Below are positions 30,161 through 39,046 of a DNA stretch of 64,000 nucleotides, in pieces. The translations under genes were made by a program, and so were the position numbers. How positions within the stretch are numbered: the stretch's first letter is position 1; every line of letters starts with the position of its first letter. Below the pieces are notes generated by a model. It did not search any database, was not told the DNA's origin, and saw only the letters and a program-made list of their open reading frames with translations. The stretch lies in contig JABMNX010000040.1 of NCBI GenBank assembly GCA_013204405.1, forward strand, positions 1,046 through 65,045, read 5' to 3'. The stretch comes from Candidatus Kaiserbacteria bacterium. GTDB lineage: Bacteria > Patescibacteriota > Minisyncoccia > Phycocordibacterales > JABMNX01.

Positions 30161-31219
30161 GTGAATAAAATAAGTGGCAAAACAGTATTTGTTGGTGTGA
30201 GTGGCGGGGTGGACTCGTCTGTTTCTGCTGCACTTCTTAAAGATCAGGGATATACAGTAATTGGTGTTTTTATTAAGGTGTGGCAGCCTGTGTTTTTGAA
30301 ATGTGATTGGGAAAAAGAACGAACCGATGCAATGCGGGTGTGTGCTCGACTTGATATACCGTTTATAACTCTCGACTTAGAGCACGAGTATAAAGAAGAG
30401 GTTGCAGATTATATGATTTCTGAATATAAAAACGGACGGACTCCTAACCCTGACGTTATGTGTAATAAATATATTAAGTTTGGAAGTTTTCTTTCATTTG
30501 CAAAAGAAAAAGGTGCAGACTACATAGCCACTGGTCACTATGCTCAAGTAAAAGAGGTTGGTGGTGAGTACGTAATGTTTCAGGGTGTAGATAGTAATAA
30601 AGACCAATCATATTTTCTATGGACACTTGGGCAATATGAACTTGGCTCAGTACTATTTCCTGTTGGTGGATACAAAAAGGACAGTGTACGTAAGCTCGCT
30701 AAAGAATACAATTTATTAACCGCAGATAAAAAAGACAGTCAAGGAATTTGTTTTTTGGGTCATGTGGACCTTGAGGAATTTCTTGGTCATTACATAGACC
30801 TTAAAGAAGGTGAGGTGTTTAATACAAAAGGGGAAGTGGTAGGGGTACACAATGGGTCTGAGCTCTACACAATGGGACAGCGTCACGGTTTTACAATCAA
30901 CGAAAAAGATACAGATAGAGAACCGTACTATGTTGTGTCTAAAGACATTGAGAAGAACACAGTAACTGTCTCTCATGAACCCAACGACAAAGATTTTAAT
31001 AAAAAAGAAGTTTCTCTTGAGGGAGTTAATTGGATAACAAATCCTCCAAAAGATGGAAAAGAGTACCAAGCACGCATCAGACACCGCGGAGAGCTACATT
31101 CGTGCACAGTCAGTGGCAGTTCTGTGGTCTTTAAAGAACCACAGCACGGACTCGCTCCTGGACAGTCTTTGGTTTTGTTTGATAAAAAAAGGTGTATAGG
31201 AGGTGGGATTGTTTCTTGA
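30161..31219 (+). CDS. mnmA: tRNA-specific 2-thiouridylase MnmA
   Basis: PP-loop VFVGVSGGVDSSVSAALL. Family-typical CNKYIKF and ATGHYA motifs. Confidence 0.9.
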   Translation: MNKISGKTVFVGVSGGVDSSVSAALLKDQGYTVIGVFIKVWQPVFLKCDWEKERTDAMRVCARLDIPFITLDLEHEYKEEVADYMISEYKNGRTPNPDVMCNKYIKFGSFLSFAKEKGADYIATGHYAQVKEVGGEYVMFQGVDSNKDQSYFLWTLGQYELGSVLFPVGGYKKDSVRKLAKEYNLLTADKKDSQGICFLGHVDLEEFLGHYIDLKEGEVFNTKGEVVGVHNGSELYTMGQRHGFTINEKDTDREPYYVVSKDIEKNTVTVSHEPNDKDFNKKEVSLEGVNWITNPPKDGKEYQARIRHRGELHSCTVSGSSVVFKEPQHGLAPGQSLVLFDKKRCIGGGIVS

Positions 31220-31231
31220 TAGACTATTCTT

Positions 31232-32065
31232 ATGACCGAAGAGATTCTTATTAAAAAGACCGATGGGAGCACGGAGGCCTTTGATGCGTCAAAGTTGGAA
31301 GGTTCTCTAAAGCGTGCTGGGGCGTCAGAATCTATCATAAAAGAGATTGTAGACAAGGTGAACTCCAAACTTGTTCCAGGCATGACTACTAAAGAGATTT
31401 ATCAAGACGCTTTTGAGCTGCTTCGTGATAAAGAAGAAAAACCTATTGCTGCGAAATATTCTCTTAAAAAAGCTGTTTTTGAACTTGGTCCAAGTGGTTT
31501 TCCTTTTGAGGATTTTATAACAGAAATTTTTCGAGCAACTGGTCACGAAGCATCTAATGGAGTCATTATGGCAGGGAAGTGCGCAGAGCATGAGGTGGAT
31601 ATGTTCGCTGTGCACAAGGGAGGTAAACGGCATGGTGCAGAAATAAAATTTCACAACCACCCAGGAATTAAGACTGACCTTAAAGTAGCTTTGTATGTCC
31701 ATGCACGATTTGATGACCTTATTAAAGGCGGGAAGGTGGATGAAGGGGTCCTTATTACAAATACACGATTTACCAGTAATGCCCTTGAATATGGTAAGTG
31801 TGCAGGACTTAAGATGATTAGTTGGAATTACCCAGAAAAAGATAACCTGTATTCACTCATTGAAGAAACGGGACTGCATCCAATTACATGCCTCACTACT
31901 ATTCCTGATAGAAATAAGAAAATACTCATTGATAATGAAATAGTATTGTGTCGATCTATTAGGGAGAATGCAAGTGTGCTCAGTGAATACGGAGTTCCAG
32001 TAGACCGTATTCCAAGCATACTTGAGGAAGTAGGTTCCTTGTGCCAACCGGGTGCTGGAGTGTAG
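31232..32065 (+). CDS. ATP-cone domain fused to a restriction-endonuclease-like (Mrr-cat-type) domain
   Basis: N-terminal ILIKKTDGSTEAFDASKLEGSLKRAG resembles an NrdR-like ATP-cone. The C-terminal half has a restriction-endonuclease-like core (GAEIKFH...VDEGVLITNTRFT). Confidence 0.55.
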   Translation: MTEEILIKKTDGSTEAFDASKLEGSLKRAGASESIIKEIVDKVNSKLVPGMTTKEIYQDAFELLRDKEEKPIAAKYSLKKAVFELGPSGFPFEDFITEIFRATGHEASNGVIMAGKCAEHEVDMFAVHKGGKRHGAEIKFHNHPGIKTDLKVALYVHARFDDLIKGGKVDEGVLITNTRFTSNALEYGKCAGLKMISWNYPEKDNLYSLIEETGLHPITCLTTIPDRNKKILIDNEIVLCRSIRENASVLSEYGVPVDRIPSILEEVGSLCQPGAGV

Positions 32066-32093
32066 AATGGACCATATCAGTAAATATACACGC

Positions 32094-32618
32094 ATGAATA
32101 CCATGACAGGAAATCAGAATATTAAGCTAATTGGAGTATTTCTCATAGGGGTAGTGGTTGGGAGTTTTTCTCTATGGATGTGGACTGCAACACAAGATGC
32201 TCTTTCTAAAGAAACAGAAGAAGGTTTGGTAATAAATAAAGAAGCTTCCAAAGACCAAAATACTGTTGCTCAAAATTTAAATACAGAGGAAACACAACTC
32301 TATAGTGATTCAATAGTAGTTCGAAACCAAGCACATGGGGCGTCAGTCATTGTAGAGAAGGCTCGTTTTGAAGAAGATGGATGGGTAGTGATTCATGAGG
32401 GGACCGTAAGTCAGATTGGAAATGCACTTGGAGCTGTTCGGTTTGACGCAGGGGAGCACAGTGGTGTTGTTGAGTTATTACGGTCAACTGAAGTGGGTAA
32501 TGTATACCGCGCTGTACTGTATCGAGATAACGGAGATAAGGAGTTTAGCCTTGATAGTGATTTCCCGTTTCTTCGTGATGGGAATCAACCCATCCTCACC
32601 ACATTTAGTGTAGAATAA
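32094..32618 (+). CDS. hypothetical membrane-anchored secreted protein
   Basis: Internal ATG (MNTMTGNQNIKLIGVFLIGVVVGSF signal anchor) of ORF 32052..32618. Confidence 0.45.
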   Translation: MNTMTGNQNIKLIGVFLIGVVVGSFSLWMWTATQDALSKETEEGLVINKEASKDQNTVAQNLNTEETQLYSDSIVVRNQAHGASVIVEKARFEEDGWVVIHEGTVSQIGNALGAVRFDAGEHSGVVELLRSTEVGNVYRAVLYRDNGDKEFSLDSDFPFLRDGNQPILTTFSVE

Positions 32619-32638
32619 TATTATTATAGATAATAATT

Positions 32639-33148
32639 ATGGAACCAGTATTTTTTAATTCGACACTTGTAATATTTGGGCAGCTCATCCTAGCAATTCT
32701 TTTAGGAATGACGCTTGGAACAGAGCGTTCTGTTATTGCTAATAAGCGAGCTGGTACACGAACGTATTCACTTGTCGCCCTTGGATCGTGTCTATTTTCT
32801 ATTATTTCAATTCAAGTAACAAGCCAATATCTCGGACTTGTTTCCTTTGACCCAATGCGTGTTACTGCAGGGATTATTACTGGTATTGGTTTCTTAGGTG
32901 CTGGAATTATCATCTTTAAGGACAGTACACTTCAAGGGCTCACTACCGCTGCAGGACTTTGGGTGTCTGCTGGGATAGGTGTAGCGGTTGCCTTTAGTCT
33001 TTATGCTATAGCTATTTTTACAACAATTCTTACGCTTCTCGTGTTTACGGTATTATGGTTTGTGGAAAATAAACTCGATATGTTCTTTGATGAACAGAGT
33101 CGCATACGACTCGTAAAAAATAAGGAAGCTACGGAGCCACGAGATTAG
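32639..33148 (+). CDS. mgtC: MgtC/SapB family membrane protein
   Basis: LGMTLGTERSVIANKRAGTRTYSLVALGSC matches the MgtC signature. Confidence 0.8.
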   Translation: MEPVFFNSTLVIFGQLILAILLGMTLGTERSVIANKRAGTRTYSLVALGSCLFSIISIQVTSQYLGLVSFDPMRVTAGIITGIGFLGAGIIIFKDSTLQGLTTAAGLWVSAGIGVAVAFSLYAIAIFTTILTLLVFTVLWFVENKLDMFFDEQSRIRLVKNKEATEPRD

Positions 33149-33227
33149 CTTTTAAAATTCAAAGGTTGAGTTACGGATAGTTGATTTATTATATAGTTAC
33201 TTGATTATATGATAATATTATATTGTT

Positions 33228-33515
33228 ATGGAAACACTTATACATGCTGACATATTTTTCTTTATTACCAGTATCGCGGTAGTGGTTGTCACCATTGCTC
33301 TGTGCATAGTTACATATTTTGCGTTCAAAGCGTTTCGTGTATTAAAGGAAATAGGCGAAATAGTGCGCGACGAAGCAAAACTGATAAAGGAGGACATAGA
33401 TGGTGCGCGTAATACAATACGCACAAATACGAAAGTTATTAATACAATTATTAAGTCAGTCGCAGGGATGGGTTCTAAAAAAAAGAAAACATCAAGTACT
33501 GAAAGAAATAAATAA
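33228..33515 (+). CDS. small membrane protein (DUF948/YtxH-like)
   Basis: N-terminal TM followed by a charged coiled-coil region. Confidence 0.4.
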   Translation: METLIHADIFFFITSIAVVVVTIALCIVTYFAFKAFRVLKEIGEIVRDEAKLIKEDIDGARNTIRTNTKVINTIIKSVAGMGSKKKKTSSTERNK

Positions 33516-33522
33516 TATACAT

Positions 33523-33912
33523 ATGGCAACAAAAAAGAAAACAACAGGTGGAGCAAAGAAAGGACTTATATTAGCAGGAGTTGCTGCAGCAGCCGCCGCA
33601 GGAGCATACTATCTTTACGGACCAAAGGGAAAACAACACCGAAAAAAAATAAAGGGTTGGACACTTAAAGCGCAAGGCGAAGTAATGGAGCGTGTAGAAA
33701 AACTTAAGGAAGTAGACCGTGAGTCACTAAATAAAATAGTTGACACAGTGGCAAAGAAATACAAAACCGCACAAGGAATTTCAACTGCGGAAGTCGTAGC
33801 ATTTGCAAAAGATGTTAAGGGGCAGTGGAGTCATATAGAGAAAGAGTTTAAGAAAGGTGTTGCTGCTACTAAAAAAGTAGTAAAGAAGTCTAAGAAGACC
33901 GCAAAAAAATAA
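33523..33912 (+). CDS. hypothetical basic protein with an N-terminal hydrophobic segment
   Basis: Internal ATG (MATKKKTTGGAKKGLILAGVAAAAAAGAYY) of ORF 33400..33912. Confidence 0.4.
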   Translation: MATKKKTTGGAKKGLILAGVAAAAAAGAYYLYGPKGKQHRKKIKGWTLKAQGEVMERVEKLKEVDRESLNKIVDTVAKKYKTAQGISTAEVVAFAKDVKGQWSHIEKEFKKGVAATKKVVKKSKKTAKK

Positions 33913-33931
33913 TCTTTTAAAGTTACACACT

Positions 33932-35062
33932 ATGAAAAAAACCTTAATTATCTTAGTTGCTCTATTTATGGTGACAGCATTCTCTGCGTCTGCTGCAACA
34001 TTTAAAGTTGGTGATGTATATGAATACAAAGGAAGCACACAAGCTGATGATATATATATTGCTGGAGGCTCAATAGACGTATCAGGAGATATTAATGGAG
34101 ATGGTGTAATAGCTGGTGGAGATGTCTCTATTATAGGAGATATCTCTCAGGATGCGACAGTTGTCGGTGGTTCAATACGGCTTCTAGGTTCAGTGGGAGA
34201 TGATGCTCGAATTACTGGCGGAAACATTACCATCTCAAGCGATATTGCTGGTGACCTAGTTGCCGCAGGTGGTTTTATTAAGACTCTTTCTGGCTCAACT
34301 ATTTCTGGAGACGTTGTAATTGCTGGTGGAACTATATTTATTGATGGAAACGTTGGTGGCGACCTAACTATTTATGGGGAAGAGGTAAGGATAAACGGTG
34401 AAATCAAAGGAAATGTTAATCTTAAGTTTACAAAAAAAGTAATCTTAGGTGAAAATGCAATAATTGTAGGAAACCTTACGTACTCTGCAGATAAAGACAT
34501 AGAGATGTCAGATGGTACTGTAGTTGGCGGCATTGTTACTCGGCTTGAGTCACCAGTACATAGATTTGATTTTGATAAAAATGATATTGGAAAAGTTATA
34601 GGGTTTCTTTTCCTTGTTAAGTTACTGCTTATGCTTGTAGCAGGAGTTCTTGCAGTAGTCGTATTTAAGAAATTTTCAAAAACTGTTGGAGAACATACAT
34701 ACGAAGACTTCTGGAAGAATGCTCTTATTGGATTCATTACCCTTATTGTTGTTCCTGTTGCTGTAATCTTACTATTCGCAACCATACTTGGTATATGTGT
34801 TGGATTCATTCTTCTTGGCGCATACGTGTTAATGCTTATAATTTCTAAAGTACTCGCAGGTATTGTCGTGGGAGGACTCTTGTCGAAATGGATTAAAAAA
34901 GAAACTATAATCGATTGGAAATGGGCTGTGCTTGGTATTGTGGCACTCCAAGTAATTTCTTTTGTACCTCTGTTTGGTGGCATTGCAGCATTAATAATAG
35001 TACTCGCTACATTTGGAACACTTGGAACTCTTGCATATAAAAGGTTCTGGATTACTCGATAG
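33932..35062 (+). CDS. secreted bactofilin-like beta-helix repeat protein with C-terminal TM helices
   Basis: Signal peptide, then repeated GxxVxIxGDIxGDxxxxGG units (GGSIDVSGDINGDGVIAGGDVSIIGDIS...). Three C-terminal TM helices. Confidence 0.5.
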   Translation: MKKTLIILVALFMVTAFSASAATFKVGDVYEYKGSTQADDIYIAGGSIDVSGDINGDGVIAGGDVSIIGDISQDATVVGGSIRLLGSVGDDARITGGNITISSDIAGDLVAAGGFIKTLSGSTISGDVVIAGGTIFIDGNVGGDLTIYGEEVRINGEIKGNVNLKFTKKVILGENAIIVGNLTYSADKDIEMSDGTVVGGIVTRLESPVHRFDFDKNDIGKVIGFLFLVKLLLMLVAGVLAVVVFKKFSKTVGEHTYEDFWKNALIGFITLIVVPVAVILLFATILGICVGFILLGAYVLMLIISKVLAGIVVGGLLSKWIKKETIIDWKWAVLGIVALQVISFVPLFGGIAALIIVLATFGTLGTLAYKRFWITR

Positions 35063-35074
35063 ACTGTTGTATAA

Positions 35075-35623
35075 ATGAAAAAGACCAACAAGGAATTGAA
35101 TAAAAAAATAGAGGCTAAATCTATGGAAAACTACAGAAAAATTACCATCGGAGTAATGGGCTCATGGAGTGCAACCGATAAGGAAAACAAGAATGCAGAG
35201 ACACTGGGGAAGCTTATAGCTAATAAAGGCTGGGTAACTCTATCTGGTGGAGAGCCTGGTGGAGTGATGCAAGCAGTCTCTAAGGGTGCAAAAGAAGCTG
35301 ATGGATGGGTGGTTGGGATTTTACCCCAAACATCAGATAAACCCTATTCAGAATATCTAGACGTTGCAATATTTACCAACGCTTCAGCTGGACGAAACTA
35401 CTTCAATATACTTTCGTCAGATGTTGTGATTATCGCTTCAAAATTATCTGCTGGTACCTTAATGGAGGCTACTACAGCACTGAGGTTGAAGAAGCCAATA
35501 GTTGTGCTCAACAACAACAAAAAAGACCAAGAACTTTTGAAAGACAGGGGGAAAAAGCTTGTTTCAATTGCAAAATCCCCAGAAGACGTAATACGTCTGT
35601 GTGAAAAATTCCTAGAGAAATAA
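35075..35623 (+). CDS. LOG/SLOG-family (TIGR00725-like) Rossmann-fold protein
   Basis: ITIGVMGSW...VTLSGGEPGGVMQAVSKGAKEADGWVVGILP matches the LOG/SLOG family. Confidence 0.6.
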   Translation: MKKTNKELNKKIEAKSMENYRKITIGVMGSWSATDKENKNAETLGKLIANKGWVTLSGGEPGGVMQAVSKGAKEADGWVVGILPQTSDKPYSEYLDVAIFTNASAGRNYFNILSSDVVIIASKLSAGTLMEATTALRLKKPIVVLNNNKKDQELLKDRGKKLVSIAKSPEDVIRLCEKFLEK

Positions 35624-35685
35624 GCTTCAAAGAAAGTGAGTGAGTTAACTAAACTGCCAGAGTATCTAGGCCGTTTTTTGTTTTC

Positions 35686-36564
35686 TTGTATGATATACTG
35701 TCTCTAATTATGGGAGCATTTTACAATCCAAATAGAGGAGCTGGTTGGAACTATGGTGGCAATAAATGGCGCCTTTCTCGTTCTAAAATAGACCTTTTTA
35801 TTTCATGTCCCCGGTGTTTTTGGCTTGATAACAAACTTGGAACCAAACGTCCTCCAGGGTACCCATTTAACTTAAATATTGCAGTTGATACGCTCTTAAA
35901 GAAAGAGTTTGATATTCACCGTCAGAATAAAACTCCACATCCGTTTATGGAAGAGTATGGAATTGATGCGGTTCCATTTCAGCACACTGATATGGACTTA
36001 TGGCGAGACAACTTCAAAGGGATTCAATGCTTACACGAACCTACAGGACTTACTGTTTCTGGAGCAGTGGATGATGTGTGGGTATCCCCAAGCGGTGAGT
36101 TAATTATTGTTGACTATAAAGCGACCAGTAAGAACGATGAAGTAAATCTCGATGCAGAGTGGCAAGACGGATACAAACGTCAGATGGAAGTATACCAATG
36201 GCTCTTCCGAAAAAACGGATTCAAGGTTTCAGACACTGGATATTTTGTATATGTGAATGGTAAAACTGATGTTGAGAAATTCGACGCAAAACTAGAATTT
36301 GATATTAAACTTCTCCCATATACTGGAAGTGACAATTGGATTGATGTGGTACTTGGTAAGGTTAAAAATTGTCTTGAGTCAGATTCAATTCCTGAAGTTG
36401 GAGAAGGGTGTGACTATTGCCCATACAGAGAAGTAGCAGGAAAGAAATTACAAGCTATACATTTAGCCAAAACTAAGACTTCAGAGAAACTTGAAGTGAA
36501 AGAGAAAAAAGAGGCTAAAAAAGAGGTAAAAGAAGAACAAGTTGATACTGGCACATTATTTTAA
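35686..36564 (+). CDS. PD-(D/E)xK nuclease, Cas4/RecB-like, with a C-terminal Fe-S cysteine cluster
   Basis: IIVDYKATS (D..K), QMEVYQWL (QxxxY) and C-terminal EGCDYCPY, plus an N-terminal CPRC. Not adjacent to any CRISPR array. Confidence 0.65.
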   Translation: MYDILSLIMGAFYNPNRGAGWNYGGNKWRLSRSKIDLFISCPRCFWLDNKLGTKRPPGYPFNLNIAVDTLLKKEFDIHRQNKTPHPFMEEYGIDAVPFQHTDMDLWRDNFKGIQCLHEPTGLTVSGAVDDVWVSPSGELIIVDYKATSKNDEVNLDAEWQDGYKRQMEVYQWLFRKNGFKVSDTGYFVYVNGKTDVEKFDAKLEFDIKLLPYTGSDNWIDVVLGKVKNCLESDSIPEVGEGCDYCPYREVAGKKLQAIHLAKTKTSEKLEVKEKKEAKKEVKEEQVDTGTLF

Positions 36565-36566
36565 TT

Positions 36567-37025
36567 ATGCACGGACTTGATACTGAGCAACAAATATTTT
36601 TTTATGAACAAGAGTTCTATGTATTTTCAAACTTTTCTTCATTTAAACTCGAATGGAAAGGAGAGATGTGGATGACCTCTGAACACGCATATCATTCAGA
36701 AAAATTTGAAGATGAAGACATATTAGAGCAACTCAGAAATAGTAGTTCTGCTCATGATTCTATGAAGATTGCATACGCGTATAAAGATAAGTACAGGAAG
36801 AATTGGGATGAAGTAAAGCTTCAGGTAATGAAAGATATTTTACATGCGAAAGTTGAACAGCATCCATACGTAAAAAAGAAGTTACTTGAGTCGGGAGACA
36901 AGGAACTTATAGAAAATTCATGGAGGGACGATTTTTGGGGATGGGGGCCCAATAAAGACGGAAATAATCAACTAGGGAAACTCTGGATGGAAGTTCGTGA
37001 TGAAGTACGTTCTCACATTAATTAA
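36567..37025 (+). CDS. NADAR-family (YbiA-like) protein
   Basis: FYVFSNFS...MTSEHAYHSEKF...KLQVMKDILHAKVEQHPYVKKKLLESG...WGWGPNKDGNNQLGKLWM matches the NADAR pattern. Confidence 0.75.
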   Translation: MHGLDTEQQIFFYEQEFYVFSNFSSFKLEWKGEMWMTSEHAYHSEKFEDEDILEQLRNSSSAHDSMKIAYAYKDKYRKNWDEVKLQVMKDILHAKVEQHPYVKKKLLESGDKELIENSWRDDFWGWGPNKDGNNQLGKLWMEVRDEVRSHIN

Positions 37026-37059
37026 ATACGTATTTAAATACACACTTAATCAGTTTCAT

Positions 37060-37305
37060 ATGTTCACAGAAAAAGTATTAGAAGTTGTAAAAAGTATTCC
37101 AAAAGGGAAGACACTTTCGTATAAAGAGGTTGCGGAGAAAGCTGGGTCTCCAAAAGCATATCGAAAAGTTGGAAGTCTTATGAAGGCAAACTACGACGCT
37201 ACTGTGCCGTGTCACCGAGTCATCAAGTCTGATGGTTCTCTTGGAGCGTATAACCGCGGTGCTGATTTAAAATATAAAAAATTAAAAGAAGAGGGAGCTC
37301 TTTAG
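37060..37305 (+). CDS. MGMT-family DNA-binding protein (O6-alkylguanine-DNA alkyltransferase C-domain with PCHR cysteine)
   Basis: Internal ATG of ORF 36997..37305. IPKGKTLSYKEVAEKAGSPKAYRKVGSLMKAN...VPCHRVIKSDGSLGAY. Confidence 0.75.
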   Translation: MFTEKVLEVVKSIPKGKTLSYKEVAEKAGSPKAYRKVGSLMKANYDATVPCHRVIKSDGSLGAYNRGADLKYKKLKEEGAL

Positions 37306-37982
37306 GAACACCAGTCGATTTCTTTGCTGTTATATTCCTTTAGGTACACATTCGCAAGTTTAAAGTGATTACATCCAAGAAACCCCCTATGTGCTGAAAG
37401 TGGAGAGGGGTGAGGAGCCATGAGGACAAGATGTTTATCTGTATCTATAAGTTGTGATTTCTCTTGAGCGTATGCTCCCCAAAGCATAAACACAACGTGG
37501 CTATTATTGTCTGAAACTGCAGATATAACAGCGTCTGTGAATTTGTGCCACCCATAATCGGCGTGAGAATTTGCAACTCCTTCACGAACTGAAAGTGACG
37601 TATTGAGAAGAAAGACACCTTGTTTCGCAAAACGCGTAAGGTCAGGGTTATGGTTACAGAGGTTGTCATACTCTAAATCTATTTCTTTAAACACATTTTG
37701 TAGCGAGGGAGGAACTTTGTTTTTTGAGTCAGTTGAAAATGCGAGTCCGTCAGCAACTCCGGGTGTATGGTAGGGGTCTTGTCCAAGTATAACGACACGA
37801 ACATCTGTTGGTAAACATAACTCAAACGCTCGAAAAACTTGCTTTGGTGGGGGATACACTATTTTGTTAAGATATTCTTCTCTAACCTTCAAAGTAAGAC
37901 CTTTAAAATACAATTTATCGAATTCTTCAGTGAGAAGATTCTTCCACTCAACAGGTATGTGGATTTTGTGTGATTCCACCAT
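37302..37982 (-). CDS. ung: uracil-DNA glycosylase (family 1)
   Basis: VVILGQDPYH and APHPSPLSAH motifs. Start set at MVESHKIHIP by alignment to Ung. The ORF remains open up to 38087. Confidence 0.85.
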   Translation of the reverse strand: MVESHKIHIPVEWKNLLTEEFDKLYFKGLTLKVREEYLNKIVYPPPKQVFRAFELCLPTDVRVVILGQDPYHTPGVADGLAFSTDSKNKVPPSLQNVFKEIDLEYDNLCNHNPDLTRFAKQGVFLLNTSLSVREGVANSHADYGWHKFTDAVISAVSDNNSHVVFMLWGAYAQEKSQLIDTDKHLVLMAPHPSPLSAHRGFLGCNHFKLANVYLKEYNSKEIDWCS

Positions 37983-38033
37983 ATACATATAGTGTAGCAG
38001 TAGAGTCTCCCCTCTGCTATGATGCTCTAACAT

Positions 38034-38615
38034 ATGATCCATACTCCACAAATAGAAAAAGCAATTCATAAAGCTTCTCTCTTGCACAGGAAACAGGTGC
38101 GGAAAGGTGAGGACGAACTACCGTACATTACTCACTTGTTTTCAGTATTTGTTATTTTGACGAAATATACCAAAGATGAAGACGTCCTAATTTCAGGGCT
38201 TTTGCATGACACACTTGAAGATACCCCGTACACAGCTGAAGAGCTTGAGCGAGACTTTGGACCTCGAGTTCGGAGTATTGTTGAGGGTGTATCTGAACAA
38301 AAGACCAAAGACGGAATAGTAATTGAGTGGGAAGATAGAAAAAGGGGATATGTACAAGGTCTTGAAACAGGTCCAGAGGAATCTTTATACGTTTCAGCGG
38401 CGGATAAAATCCATAACTTTCAGTCGACACTTGACTCATATAAGGATAATAAAGAAGGGTATAAAAAAGATTTTGTATCAAAAGACAGAGTCTTATTTTA
38501 TGGCTCGGTCGTCGAGGTAATAGCGAGGCGCCTGGGGGATAATCATCCACTTTCTGTGCGGTTACAAGAAATGTTTAATAGCTATAAAGATTTTTTGAAA
38601 AGTGTGTATAATTAA
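38034..38615 (+). CDS. HD-domain hydrolase, RelA/SpoT-type (p)ppGpp hydrolase-like
   Basis: AIHKASLLHRKQVRKGEDELPYITHLFSVFVIL...ISGLLHDTLEDT matches the HD(4) signature. Confidence 0.7.
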   Translation: MIHTPQIEKAIHKASLLHRKQVRKGEDELPYITHLFSVFVILTKYTKDEDVLISGLLHDTLEDTPYTAEELERDFGPRVRSIVEGVSEQKTKDGIVIEWEDRKRGYVQGLETGPEESLYVSAADKIHNFQSTLDSYKDNKEGYKKDFVSKDRVLFYGSVVEVIARRLGDNHPLSVRLQEMFNSYKDFLKSVYN

Positions 38616-38621
38616 AAAATC

Positions 38622-39044
38622 ATGTGGTTATTTTATGCATTTCTTTCAGCAATAATGGCGGCGTTAGTCGCAATTTTTGCTAAGCTTGGATTGAAGGAAC
38701 TAGACTCAACACTTGCAACTACTATTCGTGCAATTATCATGGCTTTGTTTTTGGTTCTTGTAAGTTTTTTCTTGAACAAATTTGATGGATTTTCTGTTAC
38801 TAATTTAAGTTCAAAGGAATGGCTTTTGATATCACTTGCTGGTATTGCAGGTGCGCTATCATGGCTTTTTTATTTCTTTGCCCTTAAAACAGGTTTTGCT
38901 ACTGAAGTTGTAGCAATTGATAGGCTCTCAATTGTCTTTGTTGTTATACTTGCCGCACTTTTTCTTGGCGAAGGGTTTGGATGGAAAGTAATCCTTGGGG
39001 CGCTTTTCATGACAGCAGGTGCAATTTTAATAACACTTAAATAG
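38622..39044 (+). CDS. EamA-domain (DMT superfamily) small membrane transporter
   Basis: 140 aa with four TM helices and an EamA-like profile (FAKLGLKE...). Confidence 0.55.
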   Translation: MWLFYAFLSAIMAALVAIFAKLGLKELDSTLATTIRAIIMALFLVLVSFFLNKFDGFSVTNLSSKEWLLISLAGIAGALSWLFYFFALKTGFATEVVAIDRLSIVFVVILAALFLGEGFGWKVILGALFMTAGAILITLK

Positions 39045-39046
39045 AG

